A stretch of DNA of 62,071 bases, taken from positions 1,867,774-1,929,844 of the forward strand of contig CP070799.1 in the NCBI GenBank assembly GCA_020343535.1. The letters are read 5' to 3'. The translations under genes and the position numbers were made by a program. The notes under the pieces were generated by a model that saw only the letters and a list, made by a program, of their open reading frames with translations, was not told the origin of the DNA and made no database searches. Source of the stretch: Nitrospinaceae bacterium (lineage in GTDB: Bacteria > Nitrospinota > Nitrospinia > Nitrospinales > VA-1). Positions 30,439 through 40,554 of the stretch are shown in pieces; position 1 is the first letter of the stretch, and the number at the start of each line of letters is the position of its first letter.

Positions 30439-30963
30439 ATGATCATGATAGGGATGACCAGAACCGCCATCGTTTTATCCGCGAGCCTTTGGGCCGCCGC
30501 CTGCGCCACCACCGATCCCTGCATGACGATCATGGAGGAGAGGCCGCTGAAGTCGGGCATCGAGATGAACAGCGTGCACATCATCGACTCGTCGCTCGAG
30601 TCGAGCCGCATTTTTGCGACGTATTGCGAAGGCGTGCGTCTCGGCCCCACCGCCCAGGAGCAGGTGGAAAGCGGGCAGGCGCCGGACATCCGTACCTACA
30701 AGATCACCGTCGAGCAATACGACAGCCAGCTCACCCCCACCGGCACCCGCGAGGTATGGGCGATTTTAAGAAACCACACCAACTTCCCCCTGATGGTGGA
30801 AGGGCGGACGCAGTTTTTCGACAGCCACAAGGCGCCTACGGAAGAGGCCACGGCGTGGCAGCGCGTCCAGCTGCCGCCGAAAAGCATTGCCACGTACCGG
30901 GAAATGTCCAAGCAATCCCGCGGGGTAGACTATTATCACATCGAAATCCGCGAACAGCGTTAG
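30439..30963 (+). CDS. YcfL-like (DUF1425) periplasmic lipoprotein
   Basis: Lipobox WAAAC. The C-terminal region ILRNHTNFPLMVEGRTQFFD...WQRVQLPPKSIATY resembles E. coli YcfL, which neighbours lpoB there. Confidence 0.45.
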   Translation: MIMIGMTRTAIVLSASLWAAACATTDPCMTIMEERPLKSGIEMNSVHIIDSSLESSRIFATYCEGVRLGPTAQEQVESGQAPDIRTYKITVEQYDSQLTPTGTREVWAILRNHTNFPLMVEGRTQFFDSHKAPTEEATAWQRVQLPPKSIATYREMSKQSRGVDYYHIEIREQR

Positions 30964-31006
30964 TACCGCCGTTCGCTTCGGCGGGGCCTCTGGCGGGAGT
31001 GTTGCC

Positions 31007-31207
31007 ATGCAGCGAGTGCTGATTACATTGGGCGTGGTGCTGGTCCTGGCGGGGCTGTTATGGCCGTGGCTGGTGAAAAGCGGTCTCGGCCGCCTGCCGG
31101 GCGATATCATCATTCGCCGCGACAATTTCCGTTTTTATTTCCCCATCGTCACCGGCCTGCTTGTGAGCGCGGTGCTCTCCTTCCTTTTCTGGCTGCTGAG
31201 AAAATAG
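31007..31207 (+). CDS. DUF2905 family small membrane protein
   Basis: 66 aa with two TM helices flanking GLGRLPGDIIIRRDNFRFYFPI, the DUF2905 signature. Confidence 0.65.
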   Translation: MQRVLITLGVVLVLAGLLWPWLVKSGLGRLPGDIIIRRDNFRFYFPIVTGLLVSAVLSFLFWLLRK

Positions 31208-31215
31208 AGGGGGTG

Positions 31216-32232
31216 TCAGCCTGAAATCAGGACCACCTTGTTTTCCTGATCGGCGGTGCAAAGGGCCTCCTGGGCTTCCGCGAGCGGGCGGGTGCTGGTG
31301 ATGAGGCCGCGCAATTTTTCCGGGTGGCGGGCCAAAAGCTTAAGCGCAGGGGTGAACGGGCCACAGCGCGACCCCTGCAGGCGGATTTCATCGACCACCA
31401 GCCGGGTGAGGTCGAAGCCCTCCGGTGGCAGGCCGCAGGTGGTTTTCGCGGCCAGCGTGCCGCGCGGCCGCACGAGTTTAAGCGCCTGGGTGAGGCCCTC
31501 GGTATGGCCGGTGGCGTCCACCACTATGTCGGCGCCCATGCCCCCGGTCATCGCGTGGATGGCCTCAATAGCCTGATGGGGCGCGAACGCGGCTTCGGCG
31601 CCGAAGGCGAGGGAACGGGCGCGTTTCTGTTCGCTGCGGCTGATGGCCACGACGCGAAGTCCCTTCTGCCGAGCGGCGAACACGATGAGGACGCCGAGCC
31701 GCCCCGGCCCCAGCACCACCACAAGGTCCCCCTTGGCGGCGGGGCTCATGACAAAGGTTTCAAGCGCGGCGGCGAGGGGTTCGGCGAGCGCCGCGGTGAC
31801 AGCATCCAGACCGTCGGGCAGGGTGTGAAGCGCACCCGCGGGAACGGCGATCTCATCGGCGAAGGCCCCGTCATGGCGGATGATGCCGGTCACCGTGCGG
31901 TCCAGGCAATGACTGGGAAGACTGCGGGCGCAGGCCGAACAGAGTTTTGGGCGGTGGTAGGCGAGGCAGGTGTTGTTGATCTCGGCGGTCACCCTGCGGC
32001 CCAGCCAGGCCGGGTCCACCCCGGAGCCCAGCTTGCGGACGGTGCCGGCGAACTCGTGGCCCGGCACCAGGGGCAACGGAACCGGGTAGTCGCCGCGAAA
32101 GAGGGCGAGGTCGGTGCCGCAGATGCCGGCGGCTTCCACCCCCACCACCACCTCCATCGGTCCCGGCTGAAGGGGCGGACGCCGGGCGATCTCCACAGTG
32201 CGGGGGGCGGTGAGTTTCGCTGCCACGGGCAT
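31216..32232 (-). CDS. zinc-dependent alcohol dehydrogenase family (MDR) oxidoreductase
   Basis: GICGTDLALFRGDYPVPLPLVPGHEFAGTV (catalytic Zn motif), a structural Zn Cys cluster C..C..C..C and a GxGxxG-like VVLGPGRLGV. Confidence 0.8.
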   Translation of the reverse strand: MPVAAKLTAPRTVEIARRPPLQPGPMEVVVGVEAAGICGTDLALFRGDYPVPLPLVPGHEFAGTVRKLGSGVDPAWLGRRVTAEINNTCLAYHRPKLCSACARSLPSHCLDRTVTGIIRHDGAFADEIAVPAGALHTLPDGLDAVTAALAEPLAAALETFVMSPAAKGDLVVVLGPGRLGVLIVFAARQKGLRVVAISRSEQKRARSLAFGAEAAFAPHQAIEAIHAMTGGMGADIVVDATGHTEGLTQALKLVRPRGTLAAKTTCGLPPEGFDLTRLVVDEIRLQGSRCGPFTPALKLLARHPEKLRGLITSTRPLAEAQEALCTADQENKVVLISG

Positions 32233-32301
32233 TGGCGTGCTCCTTGGGTCGGTGCTGCGTGAGTTGGGCCGGGGGGGCCTGCCGGGCGGCGAGGCTTTAA
32301 T

Positions 32302-33027
<726 letters not shown>

Positions 33028-33279
33028 AATTTCTCCGAAAATCGCGGGGGGAAGATCCCCCCTCAGGGTTTTTGAAAGAGGGCTAAAATAACAATTATCC
33101 ACCGGTTTGGCAACCAGACAACGGGCCTGAGGCGGAGGCGGAGCGGTCCCGCGCGCCGTCCTCCCGTGGGGCTAGTGTATGGAGATTTATTGTAACTTAT
33201 TAAAATATATGGTAATATATCCATTAGTATTTAACGTGCAGCAGGAAATTAACCGCAAAGATCAACCAACGGGTGGAGC

Positions 33280-33843
33280 ATGGACTCTTATTTTGAAAAG
33301 GGCGTTAAGTTGAAAGGCACCCTCAGGGTGAAAGGCGCGGTTCACTTCGATGGCGAATTGGAGGGCGATGTGCACTCCACCAACCATTTCGTCGTGGGGA
33401 AAACTGGCGACGTGCGCGGCACCGTCCGCTCCTACAACGTTTCCAACATGGGCCGAATCGAAGGCGACATCATCGCCGAGAATAAGGTCACCCTGTTGCA
33501 GGACAGCTCGCTGAAAGGCGACATCACCACATACCACCTGGTCATCGACGAAGGTTCCAACTTCGAGGGCAGCTCGCGGATGACGGGCAAAAAGCCCAAG
33601 GAAAGCCTCGATGCCAAGGTCCCTGAAAAGACCAAGTCCAAGGAAGACATTGCCCGCGAGATGATCGAAAGGGATTCTCTCCTGAAAAAGGAAAAGAAGG
33701 CCGAGGAGAAAGAAAAAGTCGCGGCCACCGACGCCCCCGCCAAGGAGAGCAAGGGCTGGGGCCTCAAGGGCTGGGGCAGCAAAACCGGCCTGTTCCTCCT
33801 TTTCGGCCTGATGGGCACGTTTTTTATTTCAACGTCCCTCTGA
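33280..33843 (+). CDS. bactofilin family cytoskeletal protein with K/E-rich linker and C-terminal TM helix
   Basis: Beta-helical repeats GTLRVKGAVHFDGELEGDVHSTNHFVVGKTGDVRGTVRSYNVSNMGRIEGDIIAENKVTLLQDSSLKGDITTYHLVIDEGSNFEG. C-terminal GLFLLFGLMGTFFI. Confidence 0.8.
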   Translation: MDSYFEKGVKLKGTLRVKGAVHFDGELEGDVHSTNHFVVGKTGDVRGTVRSYNVSNMGRIEGDIIAENKVTLLQDSSLKGDITTYHLVIDEGSNFEGSSRMTGKKPKESLDAKVPEKTKSKEDIAREMIERDSLLKKEKKAEEKEKVAATDAPAKESKGWGLKGWGSKTGLFLLFGLMGTFFISTSL

Positions 33844-33865
33844 TGCCGATCTGACCGGCCTAGTC

Positions 33866-34756
33866 GATCGAGGCCTGCGGCTCCTCAAGCAGCACCGCCT
33901 CACGGAAGCCGAGCGCGTCTTTCAAGCGGCTCTGGATATCACCCACGGTGAGCCTCGGGTTCACGCCGGGCTGGGTGAAATTCCCCTCGCCAAAAACCAG
34001 TTCCGTCAAGCGGAACAGTACCTCCAGCGTTCCATTCAACTCAACCCCTGGACCAGCGCCCCCCCGCGTTCAGCTCGCGCAAGCCCTCATGGCCCAAGGC
34101 GCGCTTGCCGAAGCCGGCGAGAGCCTGCAACAGGCCCTGACTCTCGACCCCGGCAACGGCCCTGCCCATTACTAGATGGGCCGGCTGCGACACCGCCAGG
34201 GGAAAATCGAAAGCGCGAAAGAAAGTCTGCGCACAGCGATCCACCTGAATACCGGCGATCCGGCGTCGCACCAGGCCCTCGCCGCCATCCTTGAAGCGGA
34301 GGGCGAAACCACCTGGGCCGAGCGGGAGATCAAGCGGGCGCTTGCGCTCAAGGAGAACGATCCGGTTCTGCTGCTGACGCTGGCGAGGCTGTTGCTGGTG
34401 CAAGGCAAGAACGATGCGGCCTGGGAAACGCTGAAGCAGGCCGCCCACCGGTTTCCCAGAAACTTTGACGCGCAGGTGCGCCTGGTCGACTGGTATTACC
34501 AGAACGACGGGGAGGATCAGCCGCTCGGCCTTTATCAAGCGGCCGGAACCCTGAAGCCGAATAGATCCGTGGTGCGCACGCGGCTCGAATGAACGAGGGC
34601 AAAAAAGCCCTGGCAGCGCTGGAGGCGACGTTGAAGACCGACCGCCGGGATGCGGACACGTTGATTGCAGGTGGGGCTCCTGTTCCCCGGGCGCAAGCGG
34701 TGGGGACCGGCGCGGAAAAGGCGGTTGTCTCCTCCGCCTTCAGGCAAAAGAGCTAG
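33866..34756 (+). pseudogene. TPR-repeat gene remnant (no start codon, frame changes, in-frame TAG)
   Basis: TPR-like translation runs in frame 2 (RGLRLLKQHRLTEAERVFQAAL...QYLQRSIQLNP) and continues in frame 0 after a C7 run (34059-34065). It is interrupted by TAG 34173-34175 (GPAHY*MGRLRHRQG) and continues in frame 2 again from about 34589. Confidence 0.55.
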
Positions 34757-35694
34757 AGCATGCTCTTAAGGACCATGTAACTCAAATAACAGGTGAGAAG
34801 AATGATGCCGTCGCGTCGCTTCAGACAGTTCTCCAGACAGATGAGAACAAGAAGCAGGCAGGTAAGGCCGGTGGTGAATAGCAGGTCCGGGTGAATAGGT
34901 TCGCGGATGTGGAGCGGATGGACGGTGCCCGCGATGCCCAGCACCATCAGGATGTTGAAGATGTTGCTTCCGAACACGTTGCCAATGGCGATTTCCCCCT
35001 GACCGCGCTTGGCAGCCATGAGCGAGGAGACGATCTCCGGCAGGCTGGTGCCCACGGCGATGATGGAAATCCCGATGAGCCACTCGCTTACGCCCAGCGC
35101 CCGAGTGATGCCCACGCCGCTATCGACCAACAGCTTCGCCCCCATCACCAGCATCGAGAGGCCGAGGATCACCAGGACCCACTGCGCCGCCAGGCCCTTG
35201 CCGGACAGCCATCTGATCTCTTCTTCCTCGAAAACCTCGCCGAGAGGCTCCTCCTTTTTATTGAAGGCGCGCCATAGATAGGCGGCCAAAAGAACCACCA
35301 TGGCCACCGCCTCGAAGCGGTTAAGCTTTAGATCCCAGGCCAGCACCGCGATCAGGAAGGTGGCGAAAACCAGCGCAGGGGCCTCTTGCCGGAGGCGGTC
35401 GCGGGAAATGGTGAGCGGGATCAAAAGCGACGTCAGCCCGAGCACCAGGCCGACGTTGGCGATGTTGCTGCCGATGACGTTGCCCATCGCAAGTTCCGGC
35501 GCGCCGGCAAGCGCGGCGAGAATTGATACCGCAAGCTCGGGGGCGGAAGTGCCGAAGCCGATCACCGTTGCCCCGATAATAAAGGGGCTGATGTTCAGTT
35601 GACGGGAAATGCGGATGCTGCCGCTCACCAGAAAATCGCCGCCGTAGAACAGTAGCGGCAGGCCGATGGCGAGAAACAGGAGGTGCATCAGCAT
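34753..35694 (-). CDS. calcium/sodium:cation antiporter (CaCA family, YrbG-like)
   Basis: Two alpha-repeat motifs GTSAPELAVS and GTSLPEIVSS, with GNVIGSNIANV / GNVFGSNIFNI. About 10 TM helices. Confidence 0.85.
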   Translation of the reverse strand: MLMHLLFLAIGLPLLFYGGDFLVSGSIRISRQLNISPFIIGATVIGFGTSAPELAVSILAALAGAPELAMGNVIGSNIANVGLVLGLTSLLIPLTISRDRLRQEAPALVFATFLIAVLAWDLKLNRFEAVAMVVLLAAYLWRAFNKKEEPLGEVFEEEEIRWLSGKGLAAQWVLVILGLSMLVMGAKLLVDSGVGITRALGVSEWLIGISIIAVGTSLPEIVSSLMAAKRGQGEIAIGNVFGSNIFNILMVLGIAGTVHPLHIREPIHPDLLFTTGLTCLLLVLICLENCLKRRDGIILLTCYLSYMVLKSML

Positions 35695-35865
35695 GCCGGA
35701 TCACCATGGGGCGCGGTCCGCCTGGCGTGCCTGGCCGATGGGCGGCGCGCGTAATGAGGTTTAAGTCGGAACAACATCGTGAGCGAGGTGGATGGGAAAA
35801 GGTGAAAAGGGAGGCGGCGGGCCCAGGCCCGAAGCCGGGCCCGTAGGCATGCCGGGATGCGAAAG

Positions 35866-36195
35866 TCAGCGCGAGCCGCTGCCCTCATCCGCCTTGGGAG
35901 GCATCGTTTCTTCAGGGCGCCCCAGGCCGGAGCTGCCTTCGGATTTTTTGTTTCTGTATTTCTTGTAATGCCGGGAGAAGGACCCTTCCTCCTCCTCATA
36001 CTGACCCTCATCGTATTCGTGGCCAGGCTTGTTGCCGTGCGGATCGTCGATCACCGAGGAACCACTGCCTTCCTCGAATTTTCCTTGCTCCCCGTCTTCG
36101 GCGCCATGCGGGCCTTCGTGAGCCAGCAGGCCGGCGGGAGCCAGAAAGGTCAAGGTGATGAACAGCACCGATGCCATGACAGAAAATAACTTCAT
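35866..36195 (-). CDS. small secreted acidic Gly/Glu/His-rich protein
   Basis: Signal peptide MKLFSVMASVLFITLTFLAPAGLLA. ATG 36195 lies 8 nt after AGGAG (that SD overlaps the upstream ATG 36210). No domain recognised. Confidence 0.55.
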   Translation of the reverse strand: MKLFSVMASVLFITLTFLAPAGLLAHEGPHGAEDGEQGKFEEGSGSSVIDDPHGNKPGHEYDEGQYEEEEGSFSRHYKKYRNKKSEGSSGLGRPEETMPPKADEGSGSR

Positions 36196-36339
36196 AAAAA
36201 TACTCCTCATTGCGCCCCGCGGGGAGTTGACGGAATGATATCATGCAGGGATCAATTTAGCACACCCCGGGCAGCGGCGGGCGTGAAAAATGGCTGCTCG
36301 GGTCCGGGGAATGGTCCGGGAGGAAAGTTCAGCCGTTGG

Positions 36340-37374
36340 CTAGCGCACGAAATGATTATTGAAGCCGGCCCTGGCAAGCTTCTCCTGCGTGCCTTTCGCC
36401 TCGTTCGCGCTGGCGTAGGCGCCGAGCTCGACGGTATAGAGAGGCAGGGTCACGGTTTTCTTTTCCCGGGTCGAGAGGAAACCCTTCAGGCTCAGTTTAT
36501 CCTGAAACGCCGCCGCTTGGCCCGAACTCTTGAAGCTGCCGGTGAGGAAGGAAAAGTTGCCCGCGGCGTTTCGGCTGAGCACCGCTTCGAAGCCGCGTTC
36601 GGTGAGTTCCTTCTTGAGGGATTCACCCGCGGCCTCGTCGGCGAACTGGCCGACCTTCACCACGTGCCGCGTGAGTGTGCGGGATTTGACGGAGATGGAA
36701 GGATTGAAGCCCGCGGCTTTGAGTTTGCTGGATAGTTTCTCGGCGTTGCCCTTGATGCTGAACACGCCGGTCTGCACAAAATACTGCCTGGCCGGGGTGG
36801 ACGGGATGGCGGAGGGGCGCGGAATCTTGGCGCCGCGCGTGCTGGCCCTCTGGATTTTAACTTTTTCCACTTTCCGGACCGGCGCGCTGCCGATTTTCGT
36901 TTTCACCGGTTCGGGGCGGGCTTGCGGTGCCGCCGGGGTTTTCTCCTTCACTTGAGCCGGCTCGGCGGGAGCCTCGGCAACAGGCGCGAAAGGTTCCTGC
37001 GGCTCGGCGGGCGCGGTTTCCTGGGTGGCCTCGGCGGCTTTCTCAGCGAGGGGATTGTTGAGTTCTTCCGCGTCGCCGGCGAGCGGAACCCTGATTTCCG
37101 TGACGGGCACCTCCTGCTCCGGGGCCTGGGCAATGATCTCTTCCTCCCCATTCATGCGCACGTAAAGGAACAGGAGCATGGCGGCGCTTAAAATCGAGAT
37201 GGTGAGCAGCTTGGTGTTCTTGGCGCGGATCTTCTTTTCCGCTTCAAGCTCCGCCTCGATTTCCGCTTCCTCGATGAGGTCATCTATCCGTTTGATATAT
37301 TTAGTGTCTTCGCTCGCTGAATTTTGGGCCATGATGCCTGGGCCGGACGGGCCGGTCGTGTGAAGGTTTGTCAT
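36340..37374 (-). CDS. SPOR domain-containing membrane protein (two C-terminal SPOR repeats)
   Basis: TM helix LLTISILSAAMLLFLYV, a Pro/Ala/Glu-rich linker and two SPOR-like units (YFVQTGVFSIKGNAEKL...; YTVELGAYASANEAKGT...). The start is uncertain: TTG 37500, ATG 37374 or ATG 37332. Confidence 0.7.
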   Translation of the reverse strand: MTNLHTTGPSGPGIMAQNSASEDTKYIKRIDDLIEEAEIEAELEAEKKIRAKNTKLLTISILSAAMLLFLYVRMNGEEEIIAQAPEQEVPVTEIRVPLAGDAEELNNPLAEKAAEATQETAPAEPQEPFAPVAEAPAEPAQVKEKTPAAPQARPEPVKTKIGSAPVRKVEKVKIQRASTRGAKIPRPSAIPSTPARQYFVQTGVFSIKGNAEKLSSKLKAAGFNPSISVKSRTLTRHVVKVGQFADEAAGESLKKELTERGFEAVLSRNAAGNFSFLTGSFKSSGQAAAFQDKLSLKGFLSTREKKTVTLPLYTVELGAYASANEAKGTQEKLARAGFNNHFVR

Positions 37375-37593
37375 GCCATCGGACCTTTGTCGTGTGTTTC
37401 CGGGGGAGGAAAAAATCCCGCCGGCAACAGGGGATTTTAGAGGAAAATTGCGCCGTTGAATGTTAGGATTGGTCGGCACTGCATTGTTTTTTATGGCCAA
37501 TCTGCTCCATCAAGTATATCGGTCCGGTCAATCGGTGTCAATGGCCGAAAACCAACAATTTTTCTATAATAGACTGAAAAATTGGAGGTTAAG

Positions 37594-37650
37594 GTGAAAT
37601 CTCCGGTGCGGGAGGCCGCACCGCCGGAAAAGCGGAAAAAGAGGGCATGA
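37594..37650 (+). promoter_or_regulatory. candidate 18-codon upstream ORF / leader overlapping the pyrD start
   Basis: GGAGG (37584-37588) lies 5 nt before GTG 37594. The peptide is (M)KSPVREAAPPEKRKKRA. Its TGA (37648-37650) overlaps the pyrD ATG (37647-37649). An 8-bp hairpin cggtgcgg/ccgcaccg (37604-37623) lies inside it. Confidence 0.3.
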
Positions 37651-38576
37651 TGCAGCATAACGAACAGGCTGCGGACCATTCGGTCGATCTCGGCCGGTTA
37701 AAGCTTAAAAACCCCGTAATCGCCGCGTCCGGGACCTTTGGCTACGGTATCGAATATCTTCCCTTCGTCGATCTCAACCGGCTGGGCGGGTTCGCCACCA
37801 AGGGGTTGTCGCTCAAGCCGAAAACCGGCAACCCGGTGCCGCGCATGGTGGAAACCGCCTCGGGGATGCTGAACGCCATAGGCCTTGAGAACATCGGCCT
37901 GGAAAAATTCCTGAACGAAAAGCTGCCGCTCCTGCATGCGTATGAGACCCGCATCATCGTCAATTTCTTTGGCGACACCGTCGGCGAATACCGGGAGATG
38001 GCCGCCGCGCTTTCCGCGGTGGAACGTATTGACGCACTGGAAATGAATATCTCCTGTCCCAACGTGGAAAAGGGGGGTGTGCTGTTCAGCGCCGATGCGG
38101 AGATGGTGCGCGCGGTGGTTAGCGCCGTTCGCGGCGCCACCGATCAATTTCTTATCGTCAAGCTTTCGCCCAACGTCAGCGACATCGCGCCCATCGCCCA
38201 GGCCGCCGAAGCAGCGGGGGCCGATGCGGTCTCGCTTATCAATACCGTCATTGGCATGGCCATGGACATTGAGACCGGCCGTCCCACGCTCGCCAACCAG
38301 ACCGGAGGGCTCTCCGGTCCCGCGATCAAGCCGATTGCACTCGCCATGGTGGCGCGCGCCGCGAAGGCGGTGAACATCCCCGTGCTGGGAATCGGCGGCA
38401 TCAAGAGCGCGGAAGACGCTCTCGAATTTTTCCTCGCCGGAGCCCGGGCCGTGCAGGTGGGTACCGCTAATTTCATCGACCCCGCCGTCACGATGAAGAT
38501 CATCGACGGCCTCGACGAATATTGCCGGAAACGCGGCGTCCGCAAGCTCGAAAAAATTTTCCCTGGTCAGGGGTAA
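37647..38576 (+). CDS. pyrD: dihydroorotate dehydrogenase, class 1B-type catalytic subunit
   Basis: LKNPVIAASGTFGYG, FATKGLSL, NISCPNV, VKLSPNV, GGLSGPAIKP, GIGGI are class 1 DHODH motifs. Confidence 0.85.
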   Translation: MMQHNEQAADHSVDLGRLKLKNPVIAASGTFGYGIEYLPFVDLNRLGGFATKGLSLKPKTGNPVPRMVETASGMLNAIGLENIGLEKFLNEKLPLLHAYETRIIVNFFGDTVGEYREMAAALSAVERIDALEMNISCPNVEKGGVLFSADAEMVRAVVSAVRGATDQFLIVKLSPNVSDIAPIAQAAEAAGADAVSLINTVIGMAMDIETGRPTLANQTGGLSGPAIKPIALAMVARAAKAVNIPVLGIGGIKSAEDALEFFLAGARAVQVGTANFIDPAVTMKIIDGLDEYCRKRGVRKLEKIFPGQG

Positions 38577-38642
38577 ACTCCTGCCGTTGCCTCTTGTCTG
38601 AATCGTTCCCAAAAGCGAGGAAAGTTTCCGAGGACCGTAGGG

Positions 38643-39788
38643 TTAGCCCTTGATCACGCGGGGCACGCGCTTGCCGACGTGGCACAGGATCTCGTAGCCC
38701 AGGGTATCGGCGTGAGCGGCCATTTCGTCCACGGGCAAAAGGGCATCGCCCTGGCGGCCGAACAGCACGACTTCGTCGCCTTCTTCCACACCGGGAATAT
38801 CGGTGACATCGATGAGCGTCAGATCCATGCAGATCCGCCCCACCTGACGCGCCCGCTGGCCGCGCACCAGCACGCTCATTTTATTGGACAGGCCGCGGTG
38901 CAGGCCGTCGGCGTAGCCGATGGGCAAGGCGGCGATGCGGCTCTCGCGCTCGGTGACGAAGCGGCGGCCGTAGCTGAGCGCCGCCCCCGCCGGCATCGAA
39001 CTCACCTGCAGGACGCGGGTCTTCCAGTGCATCACAGGCAAAAATCCCTTGCCCGCATGCGACAGCGTGCCTGCCAGGGGCCCCACGCCGGGAGAGGGCA
39101 GGGCGCCGTAAAGGATGATGCCAGGGCGCACCATGTCGAAATGGGCCTCGGGAAATTTCAGCGTCGCGGCGGAGTTGGCGGCGTGCACGAGGGGCACCCG
39201 AATGCCGCGGGCTTTCAGGTCGCCGAGCACCCGATGAAAGCAGGCGAGCTGTTGCCGCGTGAATTCGGCGTCGGCCTCGTCGGCGCTTGAAAACTGCGTG
39301 GAGATGCCTTCCAACCGCAGGTGAGGGTCCGAGGCGATCTGGCTCGCCAGCAGGTAAAAACCATCGGGCTGAAGCCCGAGGCGGCCCATGCCGGTGTCGA
39401 TCTTGAGGTGGACCCGCGCCGTTTTCCCCGCCCGCCCCGCTTGCCGGGAAAGCTCGCGGGCGAACTCCGGTCGGCTGAGGGTGGTGGCGAGGTCGTGCTT
39501 GAGAAAATCCTCGATCTCGTCGGGAAAGAGGCCGGTGAGGATCAGAATGGGGGCGGTGATGCCGCTCGCCCGGAGTTCCATGCCTTCTTCCAGCACGGCC
39601 ACGCCGAGGACGTCGGCCCCGGCCTCCAGAGCCGCCGGCGCCAGCGCGAGTGCACCATGGCCGTAGGCGTCGGCCTTGATCACCGCCATGATTTTCACCC
39701 CTGGGCCGACCACCGACCGGATGATCCGCAGGTTGTGGCGAAAGGCCTCGCGGTCGATTTCAGCGTAAGTGGAGCGGTTGAAGGCCAT
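38643..39788 (-). CDS. alr: alanine racemase
   Basis: PLP-lysine motif AVIKADAYGHGA, plus GYADG and the conserved C-terminal beta domain MDLTLIDVT. Confidence 0.9.
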   Translation of the reverse strand: MAFNRSTYAEIDREAFRHNLRIIRSVVGPGVKIMAVIKADAYGHGALALAPAALEAGADVLGVAVLEEGMELRASGITAPILILTGLFPDEIEDFLKHDLATTLSRPEFARELSRQAGRAGKTARVHLKIDTGMGRLGLQPDGFYLLASQIASDPHLRLEGISTQFSSADEADAEFTRQQLACFHRVLGDLKARGIRVPLVHAANSAATLKFPEAHFDMVRPGIILYGALPSPGVGPLAGTLSHAGKGFLPVMHWKTRVLQVSSMPAGAALSYGRRFVTERESRIAALPIGYADGLHRGLSNKMSVLVRGQRARQVGRICMDLTLIDVTDIPGVEEGDEVVLFGRQGDALLPVDEMAAHADTLGYEILCHVGKRVPRVIKG

Positions 39789-39873
39789 GCGCGTCGCAGG
39801 TTGAGGGTTGTGGGATATTCGGGAAACGGCGATGGATCGGCCTTGATCCCGGCCCGGGGAAAGGCGCGGGCGG

Positions 39874-40350
39874 TTATTCGCGCCGGGTGCGCCCGGTGGC
39901 CGACAAGCGGCCCATGGTTTTTACCACCGGCCCCGAGGAGCGGACGGCGCGGCAGGACATCTGGCTTTCATCGGAGGTTTTTTTGCGCACCATATAGCCG
40001 CGGTCACTGTAAAAGTTATAGGCCATGCCGTTGATGCCTTGTTCCTCCGAGCACCAGTAGGTGGAGCCGCAGCCTTCGGGAAACTGGTAATCGATGTGGA
40101 CGATATCTCCATTAACATCCGAGTTCTTGCAATCGTGATCGTACAGGTTGCGGCATTCCTGGCTTGTGGGCACGCGCCAGTCGTCGTATCCGGCGAACTT
40201 GTTCTCGTTCAGCCAGTTGACGAACTTATGCGCGCCCTTCCACGTGCACCACTTGCCGCGCATCTGAAAGCTGTCCTCCTTGGCCCACATTTTATTGTAC
40301 TTGGTGTCGGTGAGGGTGCCGTCCTGATTGTCCTTGAATCTTTCCGACAT
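39874..40350 (-). CDS. DUF1566 (Lcl C-terminal-like) domain protein, no signal peptide
   Basis: DGTLTDTKYNKMWAKED...AGYDDWRVPTSQECRNLYD...YWCSE are DUF1566 signatures. Confidence 0.65.
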   Translation of the reverse strand: MSERFKDNQDGTLTDTKYNKMWAKEDSFQMRGKWCTWKGAHKFVNWLNENKFAGYDDWRVPTSQECRNLYDHDCKNSDVNGDIVHIDYQFPEGCGSTYWCSEEQGINGMAYNFYSDRGYMVRKKTSDESQMSCRAVRSSGPVVKTMGRLSATGRTRRE

Positions 40351-40554
40351 TTTTCCTTGAGCAAATTCCGGGTTAGAGGATTGGAGGCGGGAAGGCCGGA
40401 GCGAGACAAACCCGCGAGAACTCCCGTACCTATAATAATATCAATGCGGCTCCGGGGGGAAACAAAATCTTCAAGGCCCAGTGGTCAAAAGCTGTCGCTT
40501 CGGCTTTTGGCTTGTGTATAATGTCGACGCCTTTAACGGAACCGGGAGGAGGGA

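Noticed and set aside
31324-32262. 312-aa plus-strand ORF antisense to the Zn-dependent dehydrogenase gene
   Set aside because: It has shadow composition, while the minus strand carries the GHE..G and Cys-cluster motifs.
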